64,000 nucleotides of DNA from Candidatus Iainarchaeum sp. (GTDB lineage: Archaea > Iainarchaeota > Iainarchaeia > Iainarchaeales > 0-14-0-20-30-16), in contig JAQTTP010000001.1 in the NCBI GenBank assembly GCA_028710695.1, forward strand, positions 11,833-75,832. Reading direction: 5' to 3'. The notes beneath the pieces are model-generated. The model worked only from the letters and a program-made list of their open reading frames with translations. It was not told the DNA's origin and ran no database searches. A program made the position numbers and the translations under genes. Numbering within the stretch: position 1 is the stretch's first letter; each line of letters begins with the position of its first letter. This document shows positions 17,284-26,768 of the stretch, piece by piece.

Positions 17284-18264
17284 TCAATTCAAGCCAATGA
17301 TTTTACTTACCTTCTTCAATTGTTTTTTGTTCATTGAAAGCAAGGGGTAGTAAATATTTTCACAGTAACCACTGAAACAATCTTTTCCCAGAAACCCATA
17401 AAGCTTTTTGAAAAACTTGTCATATTTTGTTTCTAAGTATTCTTTAAGCTTGTCACAAAATATTTTATTTGGAGTATCAGTCACTACTGGATTTGTTTCT
17501 TCTGCGGGCAGAGTAGTTGTTTGAGTTGAACTAGGCTCTGTTGTTGTAGTCGTTGTTTCTGTTGTGGTTGTAGTTTGTGTTGGAGCTGGCTCTTGCTGAG
17601 CAGGTGGTTGAGTTGTAGTTGTTTCTGTAGGTGCCGGAGGCGGTGTTATTACCTCTGGAACGGAATTGGCTTTATAATAATTATAATATTTCATCACTGT
17701 TTGGACATAGCCATTATTGTTGGGATCAACATATAGGCCATCAATCTGATCTACATCTTGCCAACCATATCTATAAGCAGACGCAACCTTATTCAGATCT
17801 CCAGAATAGTGGTCTGACAAGGCCTTAAGAAACCAACAACCTCTATTAAAGCTTTGGGCGGGGTCAAAAGCATTATCCATATATGGCGCCTTTGCAGGAT
17901 CTGCTTCTGCAGGCATATCATACTTCCAGTTCTTTGGGCTTGGATATGGCACACCAGCCACACCTGGGCCTGTTAGCTGTAAGATTCCTTTACCATAATA
18001 GCTACCACACCATTGTGGTGTTCCGGAGTCATAGGCTAGCTTTTCTTCTTCGTTCACACAAAGTGGATTAAAATCTGATTCTTTATGTGCAATTGCTGAA
18101 ACAAAATAAGGATCTAAGCCCCAGCCATCTTTACAAATTTGGTTTATTTGCACCCAATATGTGCAAATTGGCTCGCTTCCATAAGCTTTAGGGCATTGGT
18201 CATAAGAAAATGACAAAGAAATCAATGCTACAAGAAAAAATCCAAAAATAAATTTATAGCTCAT
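17284..18264 (-). CDS. secreted SLT-family lytic transglycosylase-like protein with Thr/Pro-rich linker
   Basis: Signal peptide FGFFLVALISLSFS. SLT motifs AIAHKESDFNP (ES), GKGILQLT (GLMQ-like) and ASAYRYGW (AYNxG-like). Linker PPPAPTETTTTQPPAQQEPAPTQTTTTTETTTTTTEP. Confidence 0.75.
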   Translation of the reverse strand: MSYKFIFGFFLVALISLSFSYDQCPKAYGSEPICTYWVQINQICKDGWGLDPYFVSAIAHKESDFNPLCVNEEEKLAYDSGTPQWCGSYYGKGILQLTGPGVAGVPYPSPKNWKYDMPAEADPAKAPYMDNAFDPAQSFNRGCWFLKALSDHYSGDLNKVASAYRYGWQDVDQIDGLYVDPNNNGYVQTVMKYYNYYKANSVPEVITPPPAPTETTTTQPPAQQEPAPTQTTTTTETTTTTTEPSSTQTTTLPAEETNPVVTDTPNKIFCDKLKEYLETKYDKFFKKLYGFLGKDCFSGYCENIYYPLLSMNKKQLKKVSKIIGLN

Positions 18265-18353
18265 CTAAAAAATACACAAAATTAGTATTTATAACTTTCT
18301 CTTTAGACAACCGGGGCTTTATGCCCCCTCTTTTCTTTTTTGGTGAACTTATG

Positions 18354-18379
18354 CTTTTTTCTTTTGAAAAAGAAAAAAG
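18354..18379 (-). terminator. hairpin with T-tracts 3' of tRNA-Gly
   Basis: CTTTTTTCTTT-TGAA-AAAGAAAAAAG, 7 nt downstream of the tRNA 3' end. Confidence 0.5.
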
Positions 18380-18386
18380 GATAGAG

Positions 18387-18457
18387 TGCGAATGCCGGGA
18401 TTTGAACCCGGGTCACGGCCTTGGCAAGGCCGCAGTCTACCACTGACCTACAATCGC
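18387..18457 (-). tRNA. tRNA-Gly (GCC)
   Basis: 71 nt. Acceptor GCGATTG/CATTCGC (one U5-U68 mismatch), anticodon arm CGGCC-TTGCCAA-GGCCG, T arm CCGGG-TTCAAAT-CCCGG, discriminator A. Confidence 0.88.
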
Positions 18458-18458
18458 T

Positions 18459-18518
18459 CCGGGATTTTTAAAAAATCCTAGGTTGGCAAAATGACCATAT
18501 CCCACAGAGGGATATTCC
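18459..18518 (-). promoter_or_regulatory. conserved structured 5' flank (candidate transcribed leader) of tRNA-Gly
   Basis: Second copy of the block at 7131-7200. TATA-like GATATAATAC lies about 20-25 nt upstream of the block. Confidence 0.5.
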
Positions 18519-18556
18519 GTACCTGTCAAATTGTATTATATCTTCTACTTAGGGGT

Positions 18557-19882
18557 TTATTTAAAAAAATATCTTTTAGCAAGGGCTAATAAAATGATCA
18601 CACCACCAAGGACTGCAGCAAAGATAACTATGTTTGTGTAATCCTCGTCTTCTTCTTGGGCCTGCTTGTCATTGCCATCTTGTGTTTGATTATTGTCTAT
18701 AGACTCAGGCTGAGACGTGGTTAATGGCTTAGTTTGTGCTATTTTCTCACTAACAACTTCAAAGTTACCATCTATTTTTTCACCAGGGAGATACAAAATA
18801 TACGGCACATATGCAATTCCATTTATGTCTGGTGCTTTAAGGTCTAAGCAATAATTTCCATATAAGTTTCCAGTAAACTCTTTTGGCTCAAGAGACGAAA
18901 AAAATGCAATTGGCAAAACTAAAAAGTTTGAATCAATACAAAAGTTAAATTTTTCACCAGATTTTAATTTTTGAGGATAGTTAAAATCATAATTTTGGAT
19001 TATTCCTTTTGTTGAAATAATATTAATGTTTAAGTCAAGAGCATTCGGCTTACTTAAAATAAATCCATCTAATGACACATTTGCAAGAATAGAATCATGC
19101 ATTTCGTCATAGTCAGAAAATGTTGCGCTTTTTATGTGGGTTGCGTCTAAATAATAAACTTGGTTATAAGTTGGATCTGCTCCTATCCAACCATAGTTTA
19201 CATCATAAACATCAAGCCAGGCATGTGATCCCCAACTTTTTCCATCAAAAACATAGCCAACTACAAGCCTTGTTTCATAACCTTTTGATTTTAGAATTGC
19301 AGATTCCAAAATTGAAAAGTCAACACAGACTCCTTTCTTTTTTGTAAGTGTATCTGCAGATGTGTCAACATTATAATATAAATCACTTAGCTTGGAGTAA
19401 TCGTATTCTAAGTTTTTGTTGATCCAGGAAGTAACATTAATTAAAAATTTTATTAAGTCTTTGTCATAAAGATCGTTTGCTAATTTTTGTATTTCGGGGG
19501 ATATAACTAAATAATTGCTGTCAGAATATTGCAAATATTTCAGGTCAGTTGGTTGGGGGCTTTTTATTACATACTCCAATGGAAATTTTACATCTTGGCT
19601 TATATGCTCTAGTTTATAGGTTATCCAGCCATTGCCATACTTATCTACTTCTGACTTTGGGGTTATTGTTTTTGAATCTGCCAAGATACTTTCTTTTACA
19701 GTTTCAAATGACATCGGACGCAAAAGCTTTAGTTCCAACCACTCTTTACTATCAAGATCCTGACCCAAGGAAAGAGAATAATCAAAGCTATACTTTACAG
19801 TTACCTCGCCATAATTGTACGGATAATAAGCGCTAACAAGGGGGATTAAAAGCAAAAAAAGCAGAAAGTAAGATTTATTCAT
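18557..19882 (-). CDS. secreted transglutaminase-like (Cys-His-Asp) protein with C-terminal membrane anchor
   Basis: Signal peptide. Transglutaminase core KKGVCVDFS...GSHAWLDVY...GWIGADPT. C-terminal helix IVIFAAVLGGVIILLALA followed by KRYFFK. Confidence 0.78.
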   Translation of the reverse strand: MNKSYFLLFLLLIPLVSAYYPYNYGEVTVKYSFDYSLSLGQDLDSKEWLELKLLRPMSFETVKESILADSKTITPKSEVDKYGNGWITYKLEHISQDVKFPLEYVIKSPQPTDLKYLQYSDSNYLVISPEIQKLANDLYDKDLIKFLINVTSWINKNLEYDYSKLSDLYYNVDTSADTLTKKKGVCVDFSILESAILKSKGYETRLVVGYVFDGKSWGSHAWLDVYDVNYGWIGADPTYNQVYYLDATHIKSATFSDYDEMHDSILANVSLDGFILSKPNALDLNINIISTKGIIQNYDFNYPQKLKSGEKFNFCIDSNFLVLPIAFFSSLEPKEFTGNLYGNYCLDLKAPDINGIAYVPYILYLPGEKIDGNFEVVSEKIAQTKPLTTSQPESIDNNQTQDGNDKQAQEEDEDYTNIVIFAAVLGGVIILLALAKRYFFK

Positions 19883-19934
19883 TAATAAAAGACAGAACCA
19901 AATAATATATTCTTTTCCTTGTTAATAGGTATAT

Positions 19935-21143
19935 ATGGTAGATATCAAAGAGATGTTCAGATCGGAGATAAAGAAAAACAGCGTTTTCAAAAACAAGAAC
20001 ATTGTTTCTCCACACTACATCCCAGACATACTGCCATTTAGAGACGACCAGATAAAAGAGATTATATTGAATTTAGCTCCCGCGTTACAAGGAAAGAAGA
20101 TAAACAACTTATTTTTATATGGAAAAACAGGGACTGGAAAAACTAGCACAATAAAAGTAGTTCTTGCAAAAATGGAAGAATTGGCAAAAGAAAGGACTGA
20201 TTGCAAAAATATAGTTACAACTTATATCAATTGTAGAAATCACAATACAAAATATAGAATTATTCTAAAACACATAAACGATTTATACAAACATGACTAT
20301 GTTGGTTACTCTTCTTCTTTCGTTTATGACAAATTAACAGAATATGTAAGAAAAAACAAGATTGGTTTGATAATTGTTCTAGATGAAATTGATTTAATAA
20401 AAGATGTTGATGACACAGTTTATGCATTAACAAGAGCCAATGATGAACTAACGGAAGGATCAATAAGCATTGTCGGGGTATCAAATAATGTAATGTTTAA
20501 ACAAAAATTAGATATGAGAACAAAAAGTAGTTTATGTGAAAAAGAGTTAGTGTTCCCGCCATATAATGCAAACGAACTAACAAAAATATTACAAGACAGA
20601 GTCCAAGAAGGGTTTAATGAAAACTGCGTAGAAGATTCTGCAATTGGGTTAGCATCAGCATATGCTGCACAAGAATCTGGAGACGCAAGAACAGCCATTT
20701 TACTTTTATTGAGGGCTGGAGAAATTGCTGATGAAAACAAAGAAACAAAAATTACTGAAATTGATGTTAGAAATGCAAAAAAGAAAGTTGAAAAAGATAT
20801 TTTACTAAATATGGTCAGCACATTGCCAGAACAATTACAATATGTTTTGTTTGCAATAACCAGATTAACAAAATCAAAAAATCAAACTACTTTGGGGCCA
20901 AATAGCGAAGGCATATTACATTCCGGAGAGGTATACAACGAATATTATCGGATTGCAAAAATACAAGGAAAAAGCCCAGTATCTCTAAAATGGTTCAAAC
21001 AGTATCTTGAGGAACTAGAGCTATATGGAATGATTGCAACAACAATATCTGGAAAAGGAGTAAGAGGGACAACTACCCTTATAAAATTAGGTGCAGACGC
21101 AGGAATTCTAAATAGCATTTTGGAACCAAAAATTAGCATTTAA
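19935..21143 (+). CDS. cdc6: Orc1/Cdc6 replication initiator
   Basis: 402 aa. Walker A GKTGTGKT, Walker B IVLDEID, sensor region GDARTAILLLLRAGEIA, C-terminal winged helix. Confidence 0.95.
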   Translation: MVDIKEMFRSEIKKNSVFKNKNIVSPHYIPDILPFRDDQIKEIILNLAPALQGKKINNLFLYGKTGTGKTSTIKVVLAKMEELAKERTDCKNIVTTYINCRNHNTKYRIILKHINDLYKHDYVGYSSSFVYDKLTEYVRKNKIGLIIVLDEIDLIKDVDDTVYALTRANDELTEGSISIVGVSNNVMFKQKLDMRTKSSLCEKELVFPPYNANELTKILQDRVQEGFNENCVEDSAIGLASAYAAQESGDARTAILLLLRAGEIADENKETKITEIDVRNAKKKVEKDILLNMVSTLPEQLQYVLFAITRLTKSKNQTTLGPNSEGILHSGEVYNEYYRIAKIQGKSPVSLKWFKQYLEELELYGMIATTISGKGVRGTTTLIKLGADAGILNSILEPKISI

Positions 21144-21715
21144 TTCTTTTTTGTTTTCTGTCTTTTTAAGTTAAGCAATTCTCTTTTTATTTTTCTGTCA
21201 AGATCATCATTTATTTGTTTTGATTGCAGAGTTTCAAGCTCAATTTTGTGCTTTGAATATAATTCTTGGAATAAGTTTTCAGACATATTTTTTGACAAAT
21301 ATTTTTTAGTTATTAGATTTATTTTTTCTTTTAGTTCTTGTTCGGTTGTTAATTCAGAAATTTGGGCCACCCTTATTTTTGATTCTAGTTCAAAAATGGC
21401 TTGGTCAAGAATTTCCTTTTTCTTTTTGAAAGTTTCTTCACTTATGCCTCTTTTAAAAAATAGCATCTCAAGTTGCTTTAGTTCTTTTTCTTTTTCATCT
21501 TTTTGTTTATAATATTTTGAAACTTTTGTTTTTTCAAAAATACTTTTAAGCTTGTTAAAAAATGCAAAAAAAGCACCAAGCAAAATAGAAACTACAAAAA
21601 AGATTATTGCGAGAATGAGGAGAACATAAATTGAGGTAAATAAAAAGGCCACTAAAGATATTATTAAAAAAATTACAAAAATAAATAAAATAACAAATAA
21701 CAATTTTTTCATCAT
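21140..21715 (-). CDS. membrane protein (2 TM helices) with cytoplasmic coiled-coil tail; last gene of the secreted-protein operon
   Basis: 191 aa. Two N-terminal hydrophobic helices, then a K/E-rich heptad region. Its 3' end overlaps cdc6 by 4 nt (convergent). Confidence 0.5.
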   Translation of the reverse strand: MMKKLLFVILFIFVIFLIISLVAFLFTSIYVLLILAIIFFVVSILLGAFFAFFNKLKSIFEKTKVSKYYKQKDEKEKELKQLEMLFFKRGISEETFKKKKEILDQAIFELESKIRVAQISELTTEQELKEKINLITKKYLSKNMSENLFQELYSKHKIELETLQSKQINDDLDRKIKRELLNLKRQKTKKN

Positions 21716-21725
21716 AAAAATACCA

Positions 21726-22322
21726 TCAGCTGTAGACTTTTATGCTATCTTTTATCACATAATACCCAAACAGATCATTTTCAAAGTCAGAGGTATTTGC
21801 TGAGTATTGGATTGTTATATACTGCCCACTAAAAGGATATGAATAAAACAAATATTTTTTGTTGTCTTTTGTTGAGCAAAATTGATAGGTATCTCCAATT
21901 TGCAAATAGGTTACTGCATCAAAACCATATTCACTTGTAGTGTCTTTTATTAAGTCAGTAATTTTGCTGTATTTCAGAGCTTGTACCGATATTTTGCTAT
22001 TTCCTTTAGAAAAAGTTAGGGGGCTTGCACTAAATAATGAATAGCCTTCTGGTTCAGATAAATAAACTTGGCCAAAGGCGTATTGTGTACCAGATAGATT
22101 TGCAGTTGAAGCCTTCAAACCTTGTAGACAGTCGCCTTCAGAAAAAGTGTATTTTTTCTCTTCTGCTTTTGTGTCTTTTACGTCGGGAAGGTTTATGCCA
22201 AGACCAGATTTTTCAATACTGTCTTTTGGCTTTACTTCTGCGCCAGAAGTAACAACATAAACAACTAAAACTGCAATAAGGGCAATTAAAATCAATATCA
22301 AAACGATGAGTCTTTTATTCAC
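21726..22322 (-). CDS. N-terminally anchored or secreted hypothetical protein
   Basis: 198 aa with N-terminal RLIVLILILIALIAVLVVYVV. GTG start overlaps the upstream TGA stop (GTGA) and is preceded by GGAAGGTGA. Confidence 0.55.
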   Translation of the reverse strand: MNKRLIVLILILIALIAVLVVYVVTSGAEVKPKDSIEKSGLGINLPDVKDTKAEEKKYTFSEGDCLQGLKASTANLSGTQYAFGQVYLSEPEGYSLFSASPLTFSKGNSKISVQALKYSKITDLIKDTTSEYGFDAVTYLQIGDTYQFCSTKDNKKYLFYSYPFSGQYITIQYSANTSDFENDLFGYYVIKDSIKVYS

Positions 22323-24739
22323 TTTCTCACCTTCCTACTAATTATAAACCCCACTGCAAACAATAGCAATAATACAACCGGGAATGAAATTGCCGGGGTT
22401 TTAAATACTTTTGTTGAACCAACAACAGTAAATGCAAATTCATCTTCAAGACCTTGTATTGACAAACTTATGTTATAAGGTTCTGGCATTGCTTTAGCAA
22501 GCTTTGTGCCATCAACTAAATAATATACTATTTTTGCATCACCAGGACTTAATGTGAAATCATCAAAGTCTTTTGTTTCTTTATTTGTGTATGGGCCAGA
22601 TAAACCAACAATTTCGTTGTTGTCGTACCACAACCCAGATTCAAATTCCACCGGAGTAAATGAATATTCTGTAAGACCGTTATTTGTAATTATTATTTCC
22701 AGTTCTTTGATTTCATCTTGTTTCATAGTTTGGAATTTCTTGACATCTAAAAATAATCCCAAACCAACAGCAGGAACTATTTCTATTTTGTTAGAATTAT
22801 AACTACAGTAATATTCTTGAATATCAGGAATTGCGTTTTTATAACAAACTTCTAATTTCAAGTCGTAAACATTAAAGTCCACAAGTTTTCCATTAATCTT
22901 AAAATCCCAGGAATCTAATATGTTTTGGCCTGCAGCATTATCTCCGCTTTTTATAATTACCTCATTAAGATACCAATCATAAATATAATCATAGCTTGCA
23001 TTAATGTCTGCTTGTAATTCCATTACATTTTTTCTTTCTATTTTCTTTGGAACCCCTGCTGCTGGGCCCATTTTGCTTTGTGCATTAAGATTACAATAAT
23101 TTTTCTTTCCAGTATCAATCCAATCCGTAGAAACTGGTTTTATTGATTTTATTTTTGGAGTATTTTCTATAAAGACCATTAGATTTACGTTTGAAATAAA
23201 TAACCCATTATAATACAAGTAAGTTACTAACATTTTTGGTTCTGGATCTTTGCTTGTTGTTGTAAAAAGGCCTTTATTTGAATATTCCAATTTCTTTTGT
23301 AGTGGCCCAAAGAAAAATCCAGAATTACTATCTAATTTTTTAAGAACTAATTCTTTAATTAAAAAATATGAAAGGAATTGTTCCTCATTAGAATTCTTTT
23401 TTGAAGTATAATAGTTGTCAAGTAATGTCGCTTCTTTTAATATGGTATCTTCTTTTTTATTATCAGAAAATACATATGCAGAGTACAAAGAGGTAATGTT
23501 TTGCACAGGTAGTTGTTTGGCCTTAATAGTTTGTATTAATGCATTTAAATCTACGGGCCTAATGTCCAAATTATCTGCAATTTGAGAAAAGGACATTTTT
23601 GAAAGCCCTTGCGGGTTACCCAATAATACCGCCTTGTTTGCGGGGCTATAAACAACATCAAAGATTGCTTTTAGTTTGTTGCTTGTTTGTGTTAGCTCAT
23701 CTGCAGATAAAAGCAAATTCAAAATAACTCCATTGTAGTCTTTATCAGACACAAGGTTTAAAGTATAATCAAAATCGTATTTTACGCCTTTGTTACAAAC
23801 ATAGATATCTCCAAGCACGGTTTCCATTGTAACAGATGGGAATTTTAAGGTTATTACTGGCGGAGGATTAGACCATACCAAGTTATAACTTCTAGAATAT
23901 AGCACTTGATTTGTATCATTTTTTACTGCAAGAATAAAATAAACATCTTTTTTTTCATAAATGCCTGGATACAAAGTAGAATAATATAAGGCATTTTTTA
24001 TATTTCCGTAAGCCAAATCCAAAGAATAAGTTTTATTTTCTATTCCTTTTTCTGTCTTTATTTCTGTAAATGTATTATTATCAAAAGAGTACAAAAAGCT
24101 TACAGTATAGTTATTATCATTAAAATCAACATTACCTACTTTTACGTTTAACGGCAGATCAAAATTTTCTATTTCTAATATGTTGTCCAGTGAAATCCCA
24201 TTCTTTATTAAAGTTGGTTTTTTTACAACAACATATGCATTTACCGCAGTAGAATCTAAGCCATATAAAATTGTTGCATTTGCTTTGTAAGTTCCAGGAT
24301 ATGTTGCCTTAAAACTTAACAAAAAATGATATGGATTATACGAAAAATAATTCCCACTTTCATAAGAATAAGTATTATTTTTGTAAGGTATTTCTAAAGA
24401 TGCAAATTCAGGAGTTACTTTCCAATACCATTGCATTTTGTTATAAACATTTCCAGTTATCACTGACGGATACAAACTAAGGGTTTCTCCAAAGTTTATT
24501 GTCTTTTGAGAATAACCAAGATTTAAAGTCTGATCATTGTCAGCATTAAGCCCAGAATCAAGTTCAAAACAAATATTTACATCTTCATTTGATGAGCAGT
24601 TATAACTCTGTTCTCCAATTTGGAAATCAAAGTTGTAGGTATATTGCTTTCCGTTTACAGTAAATTGGTAAGAGCCAGCAAATACTGCACAACTTAATAA
24701 AACCAAAAACAAAACAAAAAATATTTTTCTAAAATCCAT
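22319..24739 (-). CDS. large secreted hypothetical protein with C-terminal membrane anchor
   Basis: About 806 aa. Sec-type signal KIFFVLFLVLLSCAVFAG, beta-rich N/Y/S/T composition, C-terminal SFPVVLLLLFAVGFIISRKVRK. GTGATC SD contains the stop of the upstream gene. Confidence 0.6.
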   Translation of the reverse strand: MDFRKIFFVLFLVLLSCAVFAGSYQFTVNGKQYTYNFDFQIGEQSYNCSSNEDVNICFELDSGLNADNDQTLNLGYSQKTINFGETLSLYPSVITGNVYNKMQWYWKVTPEFASLEIPYKNNTYSYESGNYFSYNPYHFLLSFKATYPGTYKANATILYGLDSTAVNAYVVVKKPTLIKNGISLDNILEIENFDLPLNVKVGNVDFNDNNYTVSFLYSFDNNTFTEIKTEKGIENKTYSLDLAYGNIKNALYYSTLYPGIYEKKDVYFILAVKNDTNQVLYSRSYNLVWSNPPPVITLKFPSVTMETVLGDIYVCNKGVKYDFDYTLNLVSDKDYNGVILNLLLSADELTQTSNKLKAIFDVVYSPANKAVLLGNPQGLSKMSFSQIADNLDIRPVDLNALIQTIKAKQLPVQNITSLYSAYVFSDNKKEDTILKEATLLDNYYTSKKNSNEEQFLSYFLIKELVLKKLDSNSGFFFGPLQKKLEYSNKGLFTTTSKDPEPKMLVTYLYYNGLFISNVNLMVFIENTPKIKSIKPVSTDWIDTGKKNYCNLNAQSKMGPAAGVPKKIERKNVMELQADINASYDYIYDWYLNEVIIKSGDNAAGQNILDSWDFKINGKLVDFNVYDLKLEVCYKNAIPDIQEYYCSYNSNKIEIVPAVGLGLFLDVKKFQTMKQDEIKELEIIITNNGLTEYSFTPVEFESGLWYDNNEIVGLSGPYTNKETKDFDDFTLSPGDAKIVYYLVDGTKLAKAMPEPYNISLSIQGLEDEFAFTVVGSTKVFKTPAISFPVVLLLLFAVGFIISRKVRK

Positions 24740-24744
24740 AAAGA

Positions 24745-25428
24745 TCACTTAGGAATTGGGCCCCCAAAGCCTTCTGGAACTTCTTGAGGTAATTCAAAAT
24801 CATCAGGGTTTATACCGCCCATTTTGTTGTCGTATTGCTCTAAGATAAAGTCATAAGCATTATCTGAATAAATGCCTGCGCCAATTAATGCGTCATAATC
24901 AACAGATGGAATTGAAGTTGCAATAGTAGAAAATGATGGCGGTGGCAAAATGTTAAATAACACATAGGCGTTTGCTGCTTTTAGGCCCATACTTAGCCCT
25001 TTGTAAGCAAGAGGATATTTTGTAGTAAAGATAACTGCAAAAGTCTTATTATTTGTAAGTTTAGATGGTGTAAAAACTGCCTTATAACCATATCCAAAAG
25101 CATCAGTAAAAATCATATTTCCTACGACACAACTATTATTTCCAATACACTTTATTGTACTTCCTGCGGGTGCGTTTATGCTTTTTATTTTTATGTTCGC
25201 GTAAATGTTGTAATCATAAATTGTTTCATTTATCTCTGGGGCGTTAAAATCATACCCACTTATTAAATCGGAGATTGAAATATCACCATAAGGATCATAT
25301 GTTTGTGTATTATAATATTCTTGGGGCTGTTCAAAGTTTATTGGTTTTGCATTGACGTCTAAAGAGTATAGAACCCCCGCACATAAAACCAAAAACAAAC
25401 AAACCAAACTAATTCTTTTAACATTCAT
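24745..25428 (-). CDS. secreted hypothetical protein
   Basis: 227 aa with signal peptide RISLVCLFLVLCAGVLYS. AGGTG SD overlaps the TAG stop of the upstream gene. Confidence 0.55.
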   Translation of the reverse strand: MNVKRISLVCLFLVLCAGVLYSLDVNAKPINFEQPQEYYNTQTYDPYGDISISDLISGYDFNAPEINETIYDYNIYANIKIKSINAPAGSTIKCIGNNSCVVGNMIFTDAFGYGYKAVFTPSKLTNNKTFAVIFTTKYPLAYKGLSMGLKAANAYVLFNILPPPSFSTIATSIPSVDYDALIGAGIYSDNAYDFILEQYDNKMGGINPDDFELPQEVPEGFGGPIPK

Positions 25429-25436
25429 AAAAACAC

Positions 25437-26693
25437 CTACTTAAGTTGTATCTCCAAAGATGGATAATTGTAAGTACAAATTATTTTGAAATCTGGATTA
25501 TTAAGTTCTATATTTTGTGTTCCAATATCATCATCTGTAGCACCAAACTTGGCGCCAAAAGAAAATTCAAGATTATCATAAGGGAAGTATGCTTCTATTG
25601 AATAAGTTACATTTGGATCCTCAAACAGTACTGCCTTTCCATTTTTTAATTTAAGAGGCATTGAATAATTACCATACTGCAAGCCATAAGGAATCTCTGA
25701 ATCGTCCAAATTTTGTGTAATTTCTTCTAAAATTAGGCCATTTGGATTTTTTAATTTAACGTTCACAGCATAATTATCACATAAATCTTGTGTAAGTGGC
25801 ACAAAAAGAAGAGGGCCATAAGTAAATTGAGATTTAAAGGAGTCAGGGATATTATAAACTAGAATAAAAGAAGTATAATAACTGGCCAGGGGGGTGCATT
25901 CACAGTCTTCAGAAAAATCAGTACAATCAGAATTACAAACCAGCTCCTTCCCATAAGAAACTTTTATTGTTTGGATACTTATATCTTCTGGGCACTGGCC
26001 TTGTTTTGCAAATAAATAATACATTGTATTATTGTATGACAATTCGCCACAATAAGTTATTAGTTGGTCTGCAGGTAATAAAAAACCAAGATAGTTTTGA
26101 GATCCAGACGGACAAAATGGGTTACCGTCGTCATCTAATTCACAAAAATAATCGCTTATAAACTTAGAAAAATGACTGTCCATGTCTGCTTTGTTATGAT
26201 AGCTCCAATTGTCAAACTTTAAACTCCATTTGTACTGACCAGTTGTAATTGTTTTTTCAGAAGTGGTGTCTTGGCCTGCAAGTGCAAGATAAAAATGAGT
26301 TGATGTTCTTGATAAAATGTCTTTTTTATTTACATAAATAATTCCAGAAAATTCTGAAATTAAAGAGATTTTTCCGTTTGCAGCATTTGAAAATATTTGT
26401 TGAGGTACTTTTTTCTTTGAACCCTCAGAGCTAATTAAAAAATAAACTTTATTTAGGTCACAACCTGCCACAGAAAAACAGGTACCTGAAATATTATTTC
26501 CGGCTCCAGACAAAGATGGATTTACTACTTTTACATAAACTGGATACATTTGGAAAATGTTTTCAGAAGTAAGCACAGAAATTACATCAACATTGCCAAG
26601 AATTGTACCTAGATTTACAGGAGTAAAAGAAAATCCAATTCCAACAAAAATAAATAATCCAAATAATAAAGATAAAACTGCTTGCTTATGCAT
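25437..26693 (-). CDS. secreted hypothetical protein (Cys-containing)
   Basis: About 418 aa with N-terminal hydrophobic AVLSLLFGLFIFVGIGFSF and multiple Cys pairs in the central region. GTGAT SD precedes ATG-26693. Confidence 0.55.
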   Translation of the reverse strand: MHKQAVLSLLFGLFIFVGIGFSFTPVNLGTILGNVDVISVLTSENIFQMYPVYVKVVNPSLSGAGNNISGTCFSVAGCDLNKVYFLISSEGSKKKVPQQIFSNAANGKISLISEFSGIIYVNKKDILSRTSTHFYLALAGQDTTSEKTITTGQYKWSLKFDNWSYHNKADMDSHFSKFISDYFCELDDDGNPFCPSGSQNYLGFLLPADQLITYCGELSYNNTMYYLFAKQGQCPEDISIQTIKVSYGKELVCNSDCTDFSEDCECTPLASYYTSFILVYNIPDSFKSQFTYGPLLFVPLTQDLCDNYAVNVKLKNPNGLILEEITQNLDDSEIPYGLQYGNYSMPLKLKNGKAVLFEDPNVTYSIEAYFPYDNLEFSFGAKFGATDDDIGTQNIELNNPDFKIICTYNYPSLEIQLK

Positions 26694-26768
26694 ACCCATC
26701 ACTTTCCTTACTTATATATATTATTAAGATATTTATTACTTACGATTTTGCCCACTGGTATTCCAACA

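Noticed and set aside
18387-18457. tRNA-Gly as a pseudogene because of the U5-U68 acceptor mismatch
   Set aside because: All other stems, the loops and the discriminator are canonical, and single acceptor mismatches occur in functional tRNAs.
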